DNA of 64,000 nt. Origin: Neoechinorhynchus agilis (lineage: Eukaryota; Animalia; Acanthocephala). Shown in pieces: positions 13,201 through 28,516 of the stretch. Each line of letters opens with the position of its first letter. The first letter of the stretch is position 1. The notes below the pieces were generated by a model. That model was given only the letters and a program-made list of their open reading frames with translations. It was not told the DNA's origin and ran no database searches. The position numbers and the translations under genes are program-made. Location of the stretch: NCBI GenBank assembly GCA_051530055.1, contig CM121342.1, positions 10,431,480-10,495,479 on the forward strand, in the 5' to 3' direction.

Positions 13201-16200
13201 GAACTGCATCTTCAAGCTTAAATTTCTCACCTCCGATGGAAACGCATTGACCGGATTTCCAAACATCATCGTCCCGGCAAAGACAGTGACCTCGAATACA
13301 GAACAATCCGATACTTTTGTTACACTCGGAGGACGACGAACATGGCTTCAAGAGACCGCCACTTGATGAATCGTCTTAAATATAATGGGAGGCATTTATA
13401 AATGTACGATTTACTGATTTTAGTTACCATCTATGGTACAATAGAATCCATTCCATTTGCTATGCTTAGCGCATTTGCAGCGTCCAAGTATGCAAGTTAG
13501 ACCAACCATTTGGTTGCAATGTTCTGGTACATTGCACCCCTTGTTTATCGATCCTTCCTCAAGAGAACCTTAGATTTTCGTTTTAAACAGTCGGAAACGA
13601 AAAAATTTCACATTCACCTTCTAACGAGTTACATCTGGAATCCTTCCAATATTTATCTTCGGGGCAAACACAAAATCCGTTTTGGCAGGTCAGTCCGCTG
13701 GCTGTATCGCATTGAATATCGATATTACATGGCTTTAAAGTACCACCGCTGCCTTTAAGAACAGTCATTACTATGGACTTTATGACCAATTTTAATGTAC
13801 GAACCGTCGTATGGTACACAGCGATATATACTCCAGTAACTCTTGGGCTTACAGACACATTTTCGTCCTCGGCAAACAAGACCGGCAAGTTTGTTGCATT
13901 GTTTGTTTGTTCGACACGGTTCGAGCACACCTCCTGATCCTTCTTCTAGGAGTGAAGTTTTAATTTGATTTAGGTAGCAGAAAGAAGTAATCGATATTAT
14001 CTTTCAATCATACTCTTAGATCGCATAAATACATTAAAATCAATGCCGTGCTACATATGACCGATTGGAAACAATCAATCACATCGTACCTTCATTTTCA
14101 ATACATTTATGATCTCGCCATTGATATAACCGTGGACATCTGCACTTTCCGTCAACGCATCGCAATCCGGATTTTGTTCGGCACTGCGATGTATCCGTAC
14201 AAGGAGTAAGGAGTGTTCCTCCAGCATTCTCCTCGTTATCTATGGAAAATTGACTTATTATACGGACCGTGTTTAGTCGCTTCACGGTGATACCTTTAAC
14301 TTTGATACACCTTCCGCTGAACCATATTCGATTTCTACGACATCTGCATTTCCCATTTCGGCAAACGAGCCCTTGTATATACCTGCATTGCGAATTGCTA
14401 TTACACGGCAATAGTAATCCTTCCATAGACTCTTCCTCTAAAAATATGTTGCATTATTAGATCTATCGAAGAATTTATGCCCGTCACAAGAGAACTGCAT
14501 CTTCAAGCTTAAATTTCTCACCTCCGATGGAAACGCATTGACCGGATTTCCAAACATCATCGTCCCGGCAAAGACAATGATTTCGAATACAGAACAATCC
14601 GACACTTTTGTTACACTCGGAGGACGACGAACATGGCTTCAAGAGACCGCCACTTGATGAATCGTCTTAAATACAAAGGGAGGCATTTATAAATGTACGA
14701 TTTACTGATTTTAGTTACCATCTATGGTACAATAGAATCCATTCCATTTGCTATGCTTAGCGCATTTGCAGCGTCCAAGTATGCAAGTTAGACCAACCAT
14801 TTGGTTGCAATGTTCTGGTACATTGCACCCCTTGTTTATCAATCCTTCCTCAAGAGAACCTTTGATTTTCGTTTTGAACAGTCGGAAACGAAAAAATTTC
14901 ACATTCACCTTCTAACGAGTTACATCTGGAATCCTTCCAATATTTATCCTCGGGGCAAACACAAAATCCGTTTTGGCAGGTCAGTCCGCTGGCTGTATCG
15001 CATTGAATATCGATATTACATGGCTTTAAAGCACCACCGCTGCCTTTAAGAACAGTCATTACTATGGACTTTATGGCCAATTTTAATGTACGAACCGTCG
15101 TATGGTACACAGCGATATATACTCCAGTAACTCTTGGGCTTACAGACACATTTTCGTCCTCGGCAAACAAGACCGGCAAGTTTGTTGCATTGTTTGTTTG
15201 TTCGACACGGTTCGCGCACACCCCCTGATCCTTCTTCTAGGAGTGAAGTTTTAATTTGATTTAGGTAGAAGAAAGAAGTAATCGATATTATCTTTCAATC
15301 ATACTCTTAGATCGCATAAATACATTAAAATCAATGCCGTGTTACATATGACCGATTGAAAACAATCAATCACATCGTACCTTCATTTTCAATACATTTA
15401 TGATCTCGCCATTGATATAACCGTGGACACCTGCACTTTCCGTCAACGCATCGCACTCCGGATTTTGTTCGGCACTGCGATGTATCCGTACAAGGAGTAA
15501 GGAGTGTTCCTCCAGCATTCTCCTCGTTATCTATGGAAAATTGACTTGATATACGGACCGTGTTTAGTCGCTTCACGGTGATACCTTTAACTTTGATACA
15601 CCTTCCGCTGAACCATATTCGATTTCTACGACATCTGCATTTCCCATTTCGGCAAACTAGCCCTTGTATCCACTTGCATTGCGAATTGCTATTACACGGC
15701 AATAGTAATCCTCCCATGGACTCTTCCTCTAAAAATATGTTGCATTAATAGATCTATCGAAGAATTTATGCCCGTCACAAGAGAACTACATCTTCAAGCT
15801 TAAATTTCTCACCTCCGCAGGAAACGCATTGACCGGATTTCCAAACATCATCGTCCCGGCAAAGACAGTGACCTCGAATACAGAACAATCCGATACTTTT
15901 GTTACACTCGGAGGACGACGAACATGGTTTCAAGAGACCGCCACTTGATGAATCGTCTTAAATACAATGGGAGGCATTTATAAATGTACGATTTACTGAT
16001 TTTAGTTACCATCTATGGTACAATAGAATCCATTCCATTTGCTATGATTCGCGCATTTGCAGCGTCCAAGTATGCAAGTTAGACCAACCATTTGGTTGCA
16101 ATGTTCTGGTACATTGCACCCCTTGTTTATCGATCCTTCCCCAAGAGAACCTTTGATTTTCGTTTTAAACAGAGGAAACGAAAAAATTTCACATTCACCT

Positions 16201-19200
16201 TCTAACGAGTAACATCTGGAATCCTTCCAATATTTATCCTCGGGGCAAACACAAAATCCGTTTTGGCAGGTCAGTCCGCTGGCTGTATCGCATTGAATAT
16301 CGATATTACATGGCTTTAAAGCACCACCGCTGCCTTTAAGAACAGTCATTACTATGGACTTTATGACCAATTTTAATGTACGAACCGTCGTATTGTACAC
16401 AACGATATATACTCCAGTAACTCTTGGGCTTACAGACACATTTTCGTCCTCGGCAAACAAGACCGGCAAGTTTGTTGCATTGTTTGTTTGTTCGACACGA
16501 TTCGAGCACACCTCCTGATCCTTCTTCTAGGAGTGAAGTTTTAATTTGATTTAGGTAGAAGAAAGAAGTAATCGATATTATCTTTCAATCATACTCTTAG
16601 ATCGCATAAATACATTAAAATCAATTCCGTGATACATATGACCGATTGAAAACAATCAATCACATCGTACCTTCATTTTCAATACATTTATGATCTCGCC
16701 ATTGATATAACCGTGGACACCTGCACTTTCCGTCAACGCATCGCAATCCGGATTTTGTTCGGCACTGCGATGTATCCGTACAAGGAGTAAGGAGTGTTCC
16801 TCCAGCATTCTCCTCGTTATCTATGGAAAATTGACTTATTATACGGACCGTGTTTAGTCGCTTCACGGTGATACCTTTAACTTTGATACACCTTCCGCTG
16901 AACCATATTCGATTTCTACGACATCTGCATTTCCCATTTCGGCAAACTAGCCCTTGTATCCACTTGCATTGCGAATTGCTATTACACGGCAATAGTAATC
17001 CTCCCATGGACTCTTCCTCTAAAAATATGTTGCATTAATAGATCTATCGAAGAATTTATGCCCGTCACAAGAGAACTGCATCTTCAAGCTTAAATTTCTC
17101 ACCTCCGATGGACACGCATTGACCGGATTTCCAAACATCATCGTCCCGGCAAGACAATGATTTCGAATACAGAACAATCCGACACTTTTGTTACACTCGG
17201 AGGACGACGAACATGGCTTCAAGAGACCGCCACTTGATGAATCGTCTTAAATACAAAGGGAGGCATTTATAAATGTACGATTTACTGATTTTAGTTACCA
17301 TCTATGGTACAATAGAATCCATTCCATTTGCTATGCTTCGCGCATTTGCAGCGTCCAAGTATGCAAGTTAGACCAACCATTTGGTTGCAATGTTCTGGTA
17401 CATTGCACCCCTTGTTTATCGATCCTTCCTCAAGAGAACCTTTGATTTTCGTTTTGAACAGTCGGAAACGAAAAAATTTCACATTCACCTTCTAACGAGT
17501 TACATCTGGAATCCTTCCAATATTTATCCTCGGGGCAAACACAAAATCCGTTTTGGCAGGCCAGTCCGCTGGCTGTATCGCATTGAATATCGATATTACA
17601 TGGCTTTAAAGCACCACCGCTGCCTTTAAGAACAGTCATTACTATGGACTTTATGACCAATTTTAATGTACGAACCGTCGTATGGTACACAGCGATATAT
17701 ACTCCAGTAACTCTTGGGCTTACAGACACATTTTCGTCCTCGGCAAACAAGACCGGCAAGTTTGTTGCATTGTTTGTTTGTTCGACACGGTTCGCGCACA
17801 CCCCCTGATCCTTCTTCTAGGAGTGAAGTTTTAATTTGATTTAGGTAGAAGAAGAGTAATCGATATTATCTTTCAATCATACTCTTAGATCGCATAAATA
17901 CATTAAAATCAATGCCGTGCTACATATGACCGATTGAAAACAATCAATCACATCGTACCTTCATTTTCAATACATTTATGATCTCGCCATTGATATAACC
18001 GTGGACACCTGCACTTTCCGTCAACGCATCGCAATCCGGATTTTTGTTCGGCACTGCGATGTATCCGTACAGGAAGTAAGGAGTGTTCCTCCAGCATTCT
18101 CCTCGTTATCTATGTAAAATTGACTTATTATACGGACCGTGTTTAGTCGCTTCACGGTGATACCTTTAACTTTGATACACCTTCCGCTGAACCATATTCG
18201 ATTTCTACGACACCTGCATTTCCCATTTCGGCAAACGAGCCCTTGTATCCACCTGCATTGCGAATTGCTATTACACGGCAATAGTAATCCTTCCATGGAC
18301 TCTTCCTCTAAAAATATGTTGCATTAATAGATCTATCGAAGAATTTATGCCCGTCACAAGAGAACTGCATCTTCAAGCTTAAATTTCTCACCTCCGCAGG
18401 AAACGCATTGACCGGATTTCCAAACATCATCGTCCACGCAAAGACAGTGACCTCCAATACAGAACAATCCGACACTTTTGTTACACTCGGAGGACGACGA
18501 ACATGGCTTCAAGAGACCGCCACTTGATGAATCGTCTTAAATACAAAGGGAGGCATTTATAAATGTACGATTTACTGATTTTAGTTACCATCTATGGTAC
18601 AATAGAATCCATTCCATTTGCTATGCTTCGCGCATTTGCAGCGTCCAAGTATGCAAGTTAGACCAACCATTTGGTTGCAATGTTCTGGTACATTGCACCC
18701 CTTGTTTATCGATCCTTCCTCAAGAGAACCTTTGATTTTCGTTTTGAACAGTCGGAAACGAAAAAAAAAATTTCACATTCACCTTCTAACAGGTTACATC
18801 TGGAATCCTTCCAATATTTATCCTCGGGGCAAACACAAAATCCGTTTTGGCAGGCCAGTCCACTGGCTGTATCGCATTGAATATCGATATTACATGGCTT
18901 TAAAGCACCACCGCTGCCTTTAAGAACAGTCATTACTATGGACTTTATGACCAATTTTAATGTACGAACCGTCGTATGGTACACAGCGATATATACTCCA
19001 GTAACTCTTGGGCTTACAGACACATTTTCGTCCTCGGCAAACAAGACCGGCAAGTTTGTTGCATTGTTTGTTTGTTCGACACGGTTCGCGCACACCCCCT
19101 GATCCTTCTTCTAGGAGTGAAGTTTTAATTTGATTTAGGTAGAAGAAAGAAGTAATCGATATTATCTTTCAATCATACTCTTAGATCGCATAAATACATT

Positions 19201-20870
19201 AAAATCAATGCCGTGTTACATATGACCGATTGAAAACAATCAATCACATCGTACCTTCATTTTCAATACATTTATGATCTCGCCATTGATATAACCGTGG
19301 ACACCTGCACTTTCCGTCAACGCATCGCAATCCGGATTTTGTTCGGCACTGCGATGTATCCGTACAAGGAGTAAGGAGTGTTCCTCCAGCATTCTCCTCG
19401 TTATCTATGTAAAATTGACTTATTATACGGACCGTGTTTAGTCGCTTCACGGTGATACCTTTAACTTTGATACACCTCCGCTGAACCATATTCGATTTCT
19501 ACGACACCTGCATTTTCCATTTCGGCAAACGAGCCCTTGTATCCACCTGCATTGCGAATTGCTATTACACGGCAATAGTAATCCTCCCATGGACTCTTCC
19601 TCTAAAAATATGTTGCATTAATAGATCTATCAAAGAATTTATGCCCGTCACAAGAGAACTACATCTTAAAGCTTAAATTTCTCACCTCCGATGGAAACGC
19701 ATTGACCAGATTTCCAAACATCATCGTCCCGGCAAAGACAGTGACCTCGAATACAGAACAATCCGATACTTTTGTTACACTCGGAGGACGACGAACATGG
19801 TTTCAAGAGACCGCCACTTGATGAATCGTCTTAAATACAATGGGAGGCATTTATAAATGTACGATTTACTGATTTTAGTTACCATCTATGGTACAATAGA
19901 ATCCATTCCATTTGCTATGCTTAGCGCATTTGCAGCGTCCAAGTATGCAAGTTAGACCAACCATTTGGTTGCAATGTTCTGGTACATTGCACCCCTTGTT
20001 TATCGATCCTTCCTCAAGAGAACCTTTGATTTTCGTTTTGAACAGTCGGAAACGAAAAATTTCACATTCACCTTCTAACGAGTTACATCTGGAATCCTTC
20101 CAATATTTATCCTCGGGGCAAACACAAAATCCGTTTTGGCAGGTCAGTCCGCTGGCTGTATCGCATTGAATATCGATATTACATGGCTTTAAAGTACCAC
20201 CGCTGCCTTTAAGAACAGTCATTACTATGGACTTTATGACCAATTTTAATGTACGAACCGTCGTATGGTACACAGCGATATATACTCCAGTAACTCTTGG
20301 GCTTACAGACACATTTTCGTCCTCGGCAAACAAGACCGGCAAGTTTGTTGCATTGTTTGTTTGTTCGACACGGTTCGAGCACACCTCCTGATCCTTCTTC
20401 TAAAATTCGAATAAAGTTTCTTTGTTTGTCACCACTTATTGCGGATTTCGGTGTTATTTTTGGGTTAATTTTTAAATGCATTCTATTAACTGTTTTTGAA
20501 ATTAGAGATATGCCCTTGTTTTATTTCGCTAAAATATTTTTTACCTTGAGATATCTCCTTCTTACCTGTGCATTTGTGCTTTGTCCACTCGAATCCGTCT
20601 TTGCATGCACATATGCCATAGCGGCATTGCAATCCTTTTTTCGCATCACAATCTAAGTTACTGTAGCACTGACACGGGGACACATTCCCGAAAACATCGA
20701 CCGACGTTGCTGTTTTTTCGATTTTTCCTATTATATTTCATCATTTGGGTGGTTGCTCGATATTCCTTTACCTCCGTTCACATGCTCATTAAGGTAGCAA
20801 AGTAATAACAAAATATGTTGTGCTCTAAAACTCCGATATTGTAGCGATTTACACAAAAATGTCTGAGAAT
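10286..20870 (-). CDS. Giant multi-exon cysteine-rich repeat protein, paralogue 1 (EB-like 6-Cys modules, probably secreted)
   Basis: Hydrophobic segment HILLLLCYL, a 44-nt intron (20728-20771), a first PCQC module, ~42 single-module exons, then a ~1.2-kb terminal exon (10286-~11480). Module consensus is GG.L.PC-x5-C-x4-GL.C-x4-C.C-x5-W-x4-C. All six intron types in the array are phase 1 GT-AG. Start codon not resolved; no C-terminal TM segment. Confidence 0.8.
10542..11192 (-). repeat. 651-bp tract near-identical to 36471-37121
   Basis: Constant offset of 25929. The translations YFHACVSHADC...GSGGTGP are identical apart from one V/A change, while the flanking coding sequence is divergent. 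Confidence 0.92.
11739..20402. repeat. Tandem array 1: ~6.7 units of ~1290 bp, each with six exons and six introns
   Basis: Equivalent positions recur at 12130, ~13421, 14711, 16002, 17291, ~18582 and 19875. Units differ only by scattered SNPs and 1-bp or homopolymer indels. Confidence 0.97.
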
Positions 20871-21668
20871 ATACCTCAATTGAAATGGTTTCATTGGTAG
20901 CTAAGCATAAAAGATTGCCGTTTTTGTTTATAACTCAACATTCGGTTGTAAATTATGGACCTTATGTTCCACTCTTTTACCTTCTGATGCTTTGTGCACC
21001 AAGAGTTTCGCATTTGCAGCTGTATCACCCGAAAAGCAATAAATTCTATCTTGTCAATTCATTCTGGATCCTAAAAGTACCTCAAGTTTTAACTGTTTAG
21101 ATATTTCTGTAATGTTTATGGTCCGAAGCTTTGCAAACAATAAATTTCATTTCTGCAATTTTATGGGAGCCTTTTTTTAAAAAAGAGATTGTTTATGTTC
21201 GTGGTGATATTGATTGTCCAACTGATTCTTCGACAATAAAACCAGCCATATTCCGATATGATTTTGGATTCCGCCTACTTTAATTACATAAGAATCGCGA
21301 GGATATCCCCCTATTTTCAATTTCCCGACGATACTTTCCTATATCCACGCAAATCGAGTGGATGAGATCAGAAAAGCTCGTTTGAAAATAAGAAGTGATC
21401 GCAGAAATTTTATGCCTCATCGGTTGATTCCAATGTGGTTGTCCTCATGACACGTTCGGTTTACAAAAAGGAGAGTGCTTACTATGCCTTACGTTGAACG
21501 TTTAAACCAAGACGTCCAGGAACGAAATCTAACAATTGCCATTTTCGTTAATAACGTTGAAGTGTATGTGTGGATCTTGACTAATCAACATTGGATTTCG
21601 AGAGTCGTTGCTATAATTTGAATCATTCACAATGAACATATCATCCACACATACCGTCACTACTTGGT

Positions 21669-23020
<1,352 letters not shown>

Positions 23021-23324
23021 AGGGCGTCGGTACAACAAAATCATGGTTGTAAGCCGAATCACGCGCTTTTATGTCAGCTGAGGTCGGAGCAAATGACAAA
23101 TCCATGACTACTCCATTTCTTTGATCGGGGAATGTTCCTTCAAATTCAAATGCGGTAATACTCATACAACATTAGATAATAAAGAGTCAAAAATTAATAG
23201 TTTCCTTAGGAACATATGTTTGATCTTCATAGAAAGTTTAAATAGGTGGTGACGTTTTCCCCAGCGATAATGCGTTAAACATTGAAAGTCTAAAAATAAA
23301 TATCTTAAAAACTAATTTCGGCGT

Positions 23325-23786
23325 TGTGACATACGTCACATGCGTTAAATGTGACCATTCGTCACGTCCGTTACAAGGTTGTGTGTGGTTGATATAAGTG
23401 CGTTTTTGGTTTGGTAGTTGTGCGTTGATCAATAAAATACACTATTCGATACGGTATGCAGGCAGATCAATCGCAGTGGGCCCAGTGGCCGTGTGGTGTG
23501 CGCGTTCATAATGCGCTTGATATGTCGCTGGTTCAACGCCACCGGTCGCTGGGTTCCACGGGTGTGCGAGGCTGCTGGAAGGGGTGGGTCAGGTTTTGAG
23601 ATCGCCCATCGGCCCCAAAGGGGGTTGGCCCTGTTCCTTCGAGTGCGGCTGAGCGCCTCCGTTGTATGCAAGTTAGTCGAAAAAGACTCAAAAAGGAATA
23701 TAGACGAAAAGAAGATGTCATAGACAACAAAGTGTATGCGGCCTTGATAATAAATAAATAAATAATCGCAGTATGAGAACTCGACA
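23325..23786 (+). repeat. 5' LTR of Gypsy A, interrupted by a SINE
   Basis: Matches the 170-bp 3' LTR (32499-32668) once 23478-23763 and one TSD copy are removed. Confidence 0.88.
23478..23763 (+). mobile_element. tRNA-derived SINE (286 bp)
   Basis: 9-bp TSD aatcgcagt (23469-23477 and 23764-23772). A-box-like TGGCCGTGTGG and B-box-like GGTTCAACGCC are 33 nt apart. Anticodon-like arm GCGCG-TTCATAA-TGCGC; (ATAA)n tail. Confidence 0.8.
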
Positions 23787-23788
23787 AA

Positions 23789-23804
23789 TGGCGACGAGGG
23801 TGGG
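23789..23804 (+). promoter_or_regulatory. Primer binding site of Gypsy A, complementary to tRNA-Ser(GCT)
   Basis: TGGCGACGAGGGTGGG lies 2 nt after the LTR end. It differs by one base from the complement of the metazoan tRNA-Ser(GCT) 3' end as I recall it (TGGCGACGAGGATGGG). Confidence 0.75.
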
Positions 23805-24152
23805 ATTAAAGAAGAAAGCCAAGAGCGTTCTATGGTCGCTACATTAATCGAACAAAATAGGCTACTACAACAACAGATGATTGAACTTATGAGAGATGTT
23901 CGATCGGCACCAGTGAATAAAAGCACTAAAATGTTTCGATCATTTGATTCACAAGTGGAGATATGGCACAGTTACATTAGACAGTTCGAACATCACTTGG
24001 AAGCTTAACGGATAACAAACAGCGAGCAGAAAAAGCACTATCTATTATCATGGTGTGGCGGGGGCACATATCAGTTGTTGTGTAAGCTCGAGCCACGAAT
24101 CAATGGTATCGAATTCTCATACGAAAAGATCGTGGATTTGCTAACTGCTTAT

Positions 24153-27100
24153 TGTGGTAAGTACGCTATTGATTGGGCTAGCGTAAATGGGCATAAAATA
24201 GTGTGTGTTGTACAAAAACAGTTTTGTTGAAATAAAGAGGTCCGCTGTTTGGTTCATCCACCATGTCAACATCTGGTGACGAGGACAAATGGAAGACATG
24301 GATGGAGGGTATCACGGGACAGCAAAAAGTGTGGATGGAAGAGATGTTCAAAATGGTGTCCAAGGCCCAGATTGAACAGAAAAATGTGATACGGGGAGCA
24401 CAGATACCCCCATTCCGCACTTTCGATGGAGTCGAGAACTGGGCCGAGTACGTAGAACAAGCCGAAGCCCACATGGAAATCAATGGAATCAAAGAAAGCG
24501 ACGAAAAAAAGCGTAGATCCTGTCTATTGGCCTGGATGGGTCCAAAGATTTAAACAGAGCTAAAGAAGATGGTAGCCGGCCGACCGTTCGACGAAGTCAG
24601 CTATGTAGATGTCAAGTCGCTGATTGACGCTCACGTAGCACAGCCAATGCACCAGATAACGGCGCGCTACCTCTTTAGTACATGCCGTAAAGCAGAAGGA
24701 CAAACTCACGCCGAGTGGGCTACAGCACTAAGAGGAGCTGCACGAGGATGCGGTTTCTACAACAAGGAAGTTAAGGATGAATGATCAGCGGTCGACGAAA
24801 GGATTAAAGATCATATAATCGTGGCGACACCCTCGAAAGCTTTAAGAAAAGCTGCGATGCAAGGCAAGGATTCAGCATCATTGGAGGAAGTCTTAAAGAT
24901 TGCCGAAACGATCGAGGTAGCAGAAAAGGCGAGTGAGCTGTTATGTGATTCAAAAAGTAACGAGCGTTCGGATCAAAGAGGAGAGGTCGAGGTTGATCGA
25001 ATAATAAGAAGTCAAAGGTTCACAAGGAAATCAGAGGATAAGCGAGTACAAGAACCGAAAGAGAAGTTCGGTAATCGATGCGGAAAGTGCGGATTCGTTC
25101 ATCGAGATAAAGTTCAATGTCCGGCAAGTAGAGGAAAATGTTACAAGTGTGGTATTAGCGGACATTTTGCCCGAATGTGTAGAAAAGCGGGGGTGAGACA
25201 AGTAGAAGCGGTAAAAGGAGTGCAGCCTAGAGGATGAGTGGGAACTTAAGAAAGATTATGGTTGTGATGGGCTGATCTGCACTGCAAATGACGAGGGTAA
25301 TCGAGCAGAAATAACGGCGAGGGTCGATGGATGTCAAGTGACAATGGATTTTGATACTGGCGCGGAAGTTAGTATCATCGACGAGGATATGTGGAATAAG
25401 ATCGGAAAGCCGAGTTTGAAAGCGACGAAGCGATTGAAGGCGTTTGGAGGATCCGAAATAGACTGTCTGGGCAAGTGCAAAGTGAGAATCGAAACAAGAG
25501 GGATAAAGAAGAATACAGTGGTGCACGTGGTAAAAGGAACGAAGGGATGTTTATGGGGGATTGACTGGATAAAGCTGTTTGATATGGAGTTACCCCCTTC
25601 AGTGATCGTCAGGGGAATAAAGACCGTACAGGAGTCAGTGGATGAGATGCTAAAACAGTTTGAAGTACTTTTCGAGGAGAAGTGTACCCCCATCAGGAAT
25701 TTCAGAGTAACACTGCCGATTGCAGACGGTGCTCGTTAAAGAAATGGAACGATTGACGAACAAGGGGGTATTGGAACGAGTGGAGACAGGCGACACAAAT
25801 TTAGAATGGGGAACCCCTATGGTCATCACGAAGAAAAGTAATGGACAAATACGAATCTGTGAGGATTTCAGAATCACCGTCAATAAAGCTTTAAGGCAGG
25901 ACAGCTATCATATGCCAACTTTCGACGACATGCTACAGAGATTGCGGAATGGCAAGAAGTACTCTACTATTGATTTATCGGATGCTTACTTGCAGTTAGA
26001 GGTGGCAGACGACCATAGGAAACTCCTAAATATATCGACTCCATGGGGATTGTTCCGGTACCGGAGGATGCCGTTCGGACTAAGTTGCGCTCCGCAGATA
26101 TTCCAGAAATTTATAGACAATTTGTTGATAGATATCCCAAGTACCGGAGCTTATCTCGACGATATAATCATCTCCGGAAAGAATGACGCAGAACATCTCC
26201 AAAATTTAAAGGCAGTGTTCGAGCGACTTGAGGAGGCAGGGATAGGCATCAAAAGAGATAAATGTAGATTTATGGAAGCACAGGTGAGATATTTGGGGCA
26301 CAGCTTAGAAGACGGGAAAATAAAACCGCAAGGAGAAAAGGTGACTGCGATAACGCCGGCGCGATACCCACGAAATAAAAAAGAGCTTAAGTCGTTCATC
26401 GGTATGGTCAACTATCTAGAACGCTTCATTCCCGAATTGCAATCTCACTGCAGGGGATTGTATGCGTTACTGAAACAAGGAGTTCCGTGGAAATGGAGAA
26501 AGTATGAGAAGGACATCTTCGATGGAGTAAAGCGAGCGGTCCAAAATCACAAGGTCTTAGTACCTTTCTATATCAAAAGAATGACTGTGCTGACATGCGA
26601 CGCAAGCGAAGAAGGAATTGGTGCGGGATTGTTCCATAAGAAGGAAGATGGGAGCAAAGAACCGATCATGTTTGTATCCCGGACACTTACCTCAGCGGAA
26701 AAGAAATACGCGGCTATAGAAAAGGAAGCTTTAGCAATCGTCAGCTCGATCAAGAGGTTCCACCAATTCTTATATGGACATCGATTCATCTTAGAGACCG
26801 ATCACAAACCCCTGAAGCATATTTTTGGAATGCGGAGAGATTTGTCCAAGATGACGAATAATCGACTGGTACGCTGGGGCCTGTTCTTGAATCAATACGA
26901 CTTTGAGATCGAATATGTTCAAGGGGTCGAGAACAAATGTGCTGATTTTTTGTCGAGATTTCCGGTAGACCCACCAAAGCAGAAATACTCAGAGGAGGAG
27001 ACAATAACGCTACGAATGGTGCAAGAGGAGAAGGTGGAGGCTTGCGGTTTAACGAAGTCAAGATTGAAAGCGGAATCGATTAAAGATCGTCAACTGGTAA

Positions 27101-28516
27101 GGATTGGACGATATTTGCAGCTCGGATGGCCGAAAACGATACTCGATACGGTCAGGCAGTTCGCTGCCCGAGCAGGTGAGTTATCCTGCGAAAACGGCAT
27201 TGTCATGCACTTACAAAGAATTGTCATCCCATTTTCTCTGAGAAAGGAAGTGTTAGATATGTTACATCGTGGTCATCCAGGAATTGAAGGCACAAAAGCT
27301 CTATGCCGATATTACGCATGGTGGCCCGGTATAGAGGATGACATACGGCGGAAGGTAGAAGGTTGCGAAAGGTGCCAAATAGCCCGACCAAATATTCAAC
27401 AACTGCCGCTTATACCTTGGGACTATCCGGCGGAAGTGTGGGAGCGCGTGTACATCGATTTGGCGGGACCGACAAACTCCAAGATGTATTTGGCGATCGT
27501 AGATGCAAGGAGTAAGTGGCCCGAGGTTTGGTTCTTCAATACATGCAAAATAACATCCGAAATGGTGATCGATCGGATGAGGGAAACATTTGCTCGATTC
27601 GGGACTCCAAAGAAAATTGTGAGCGATAACGGGCCTCAATTTATGTCGCAACAGTTCAAGGCGTTTTGCGAAGAAAATGGGATCGAGATCATAAAGGCGA
27701 GTCCTTACCACCCACAAACGAATGGGTTGGTAGAACGATTCATAGGAACCCTTAAACGACGCGGAATGGCAGGGGAAGGAATGGATACTCGAAGGGCACT
27801 TACGGAATTTCTACAAACATACCGAAACACGCCTCATGCAATCACAGGAAAAGGTCCAGCAGAAATGATGTTAGGGAGGAGGATGAATACAGTGTTCGAC
27901 AATATCAGACCAAATACAGAGGAAACAGTGCGAGACAGGACAGCGCGAAGACAGAGGCAGAGACCGCATGGGCATATCGCGAGTTTGGGGAAGGCAATGA
28001 AGTGTGGTGGAAAAAAGGAAGAGCTGGGAAATGGCAAAGCGAGTCGTGGAGCAACGATCAGGACCGGTGTCCTATCGAATCGTGGATAAAAACGGAACGC
28101 AAAATAGGGCGCACGGGGATTTCGTGAGGAAAAGGGAAGAAGAATGTGAACAAGAAAAGGATAATGTAAGCATAAAGGTTGAAGAGGAAGAACTTCAAAG
28201 GAAGGTAGAGTTTGATGCAGAAGATGGAGGTGAAGTCACGAAATCAGGGCAGACCGAGGTGCAGCCGAAGTTAAAGAAAAACGAAGACCGAGAGCACGCA
28301 ACACCTTTCTTAAGGAGAAGTCAACGTCATCGGAGGCCTCCTATACGGCCGTACGACGAATACCGCAAAATAGGTTAGGAATTTGCGGGGGAGGAAATGT
28401 GGTAAGTACGCTATTGATTGGGCTAGCGTAAATGGGCATAAAATAGTGTGTGTCGTACAAAAACAGTTTTGTTGAAATAAACTGGTCCGCTGTTTGGTTC
28501 ATCCACCATGTCAACA
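24153..28516 (+). mobile_element. Gypsy element B, full-length, nested in the gag of A
   Basis: 119-bp LTRs at 24153-24271 and 28398-28516 (3 mismatches), perfect TSD CTTAT, PBS TGGTGACGAGGA at 24274 and PPT gcgggggaggaaa. Gag with CCHC knuckle (CYKCGISGHFARMC), protease (DFDTGA), RT, RNase H and integrase; a few stops and frameshifts. Confidence 0.95.
25720..28089 (+). pseudogene. Largely intact pol frame of Gypsy B (RT-RNase H-integrase)
   Basis: 789-aa ORF containing YLDDII, CDASEEGIGA, EKEALAI, TDHKPL, an HHCC region and IVSDNGPQF. Frameshifted at both ends. Confidence 0.9.

Noticed and set aside
23479-23556. Functional tRNA-Met(CAT) gene
   Set aside because: The D-arm is too short, there are extra bases between the T-arm and the acceptor strand, and it is the head of a TSD-flanked, tailed insertion, so it is better explained as a SINE.
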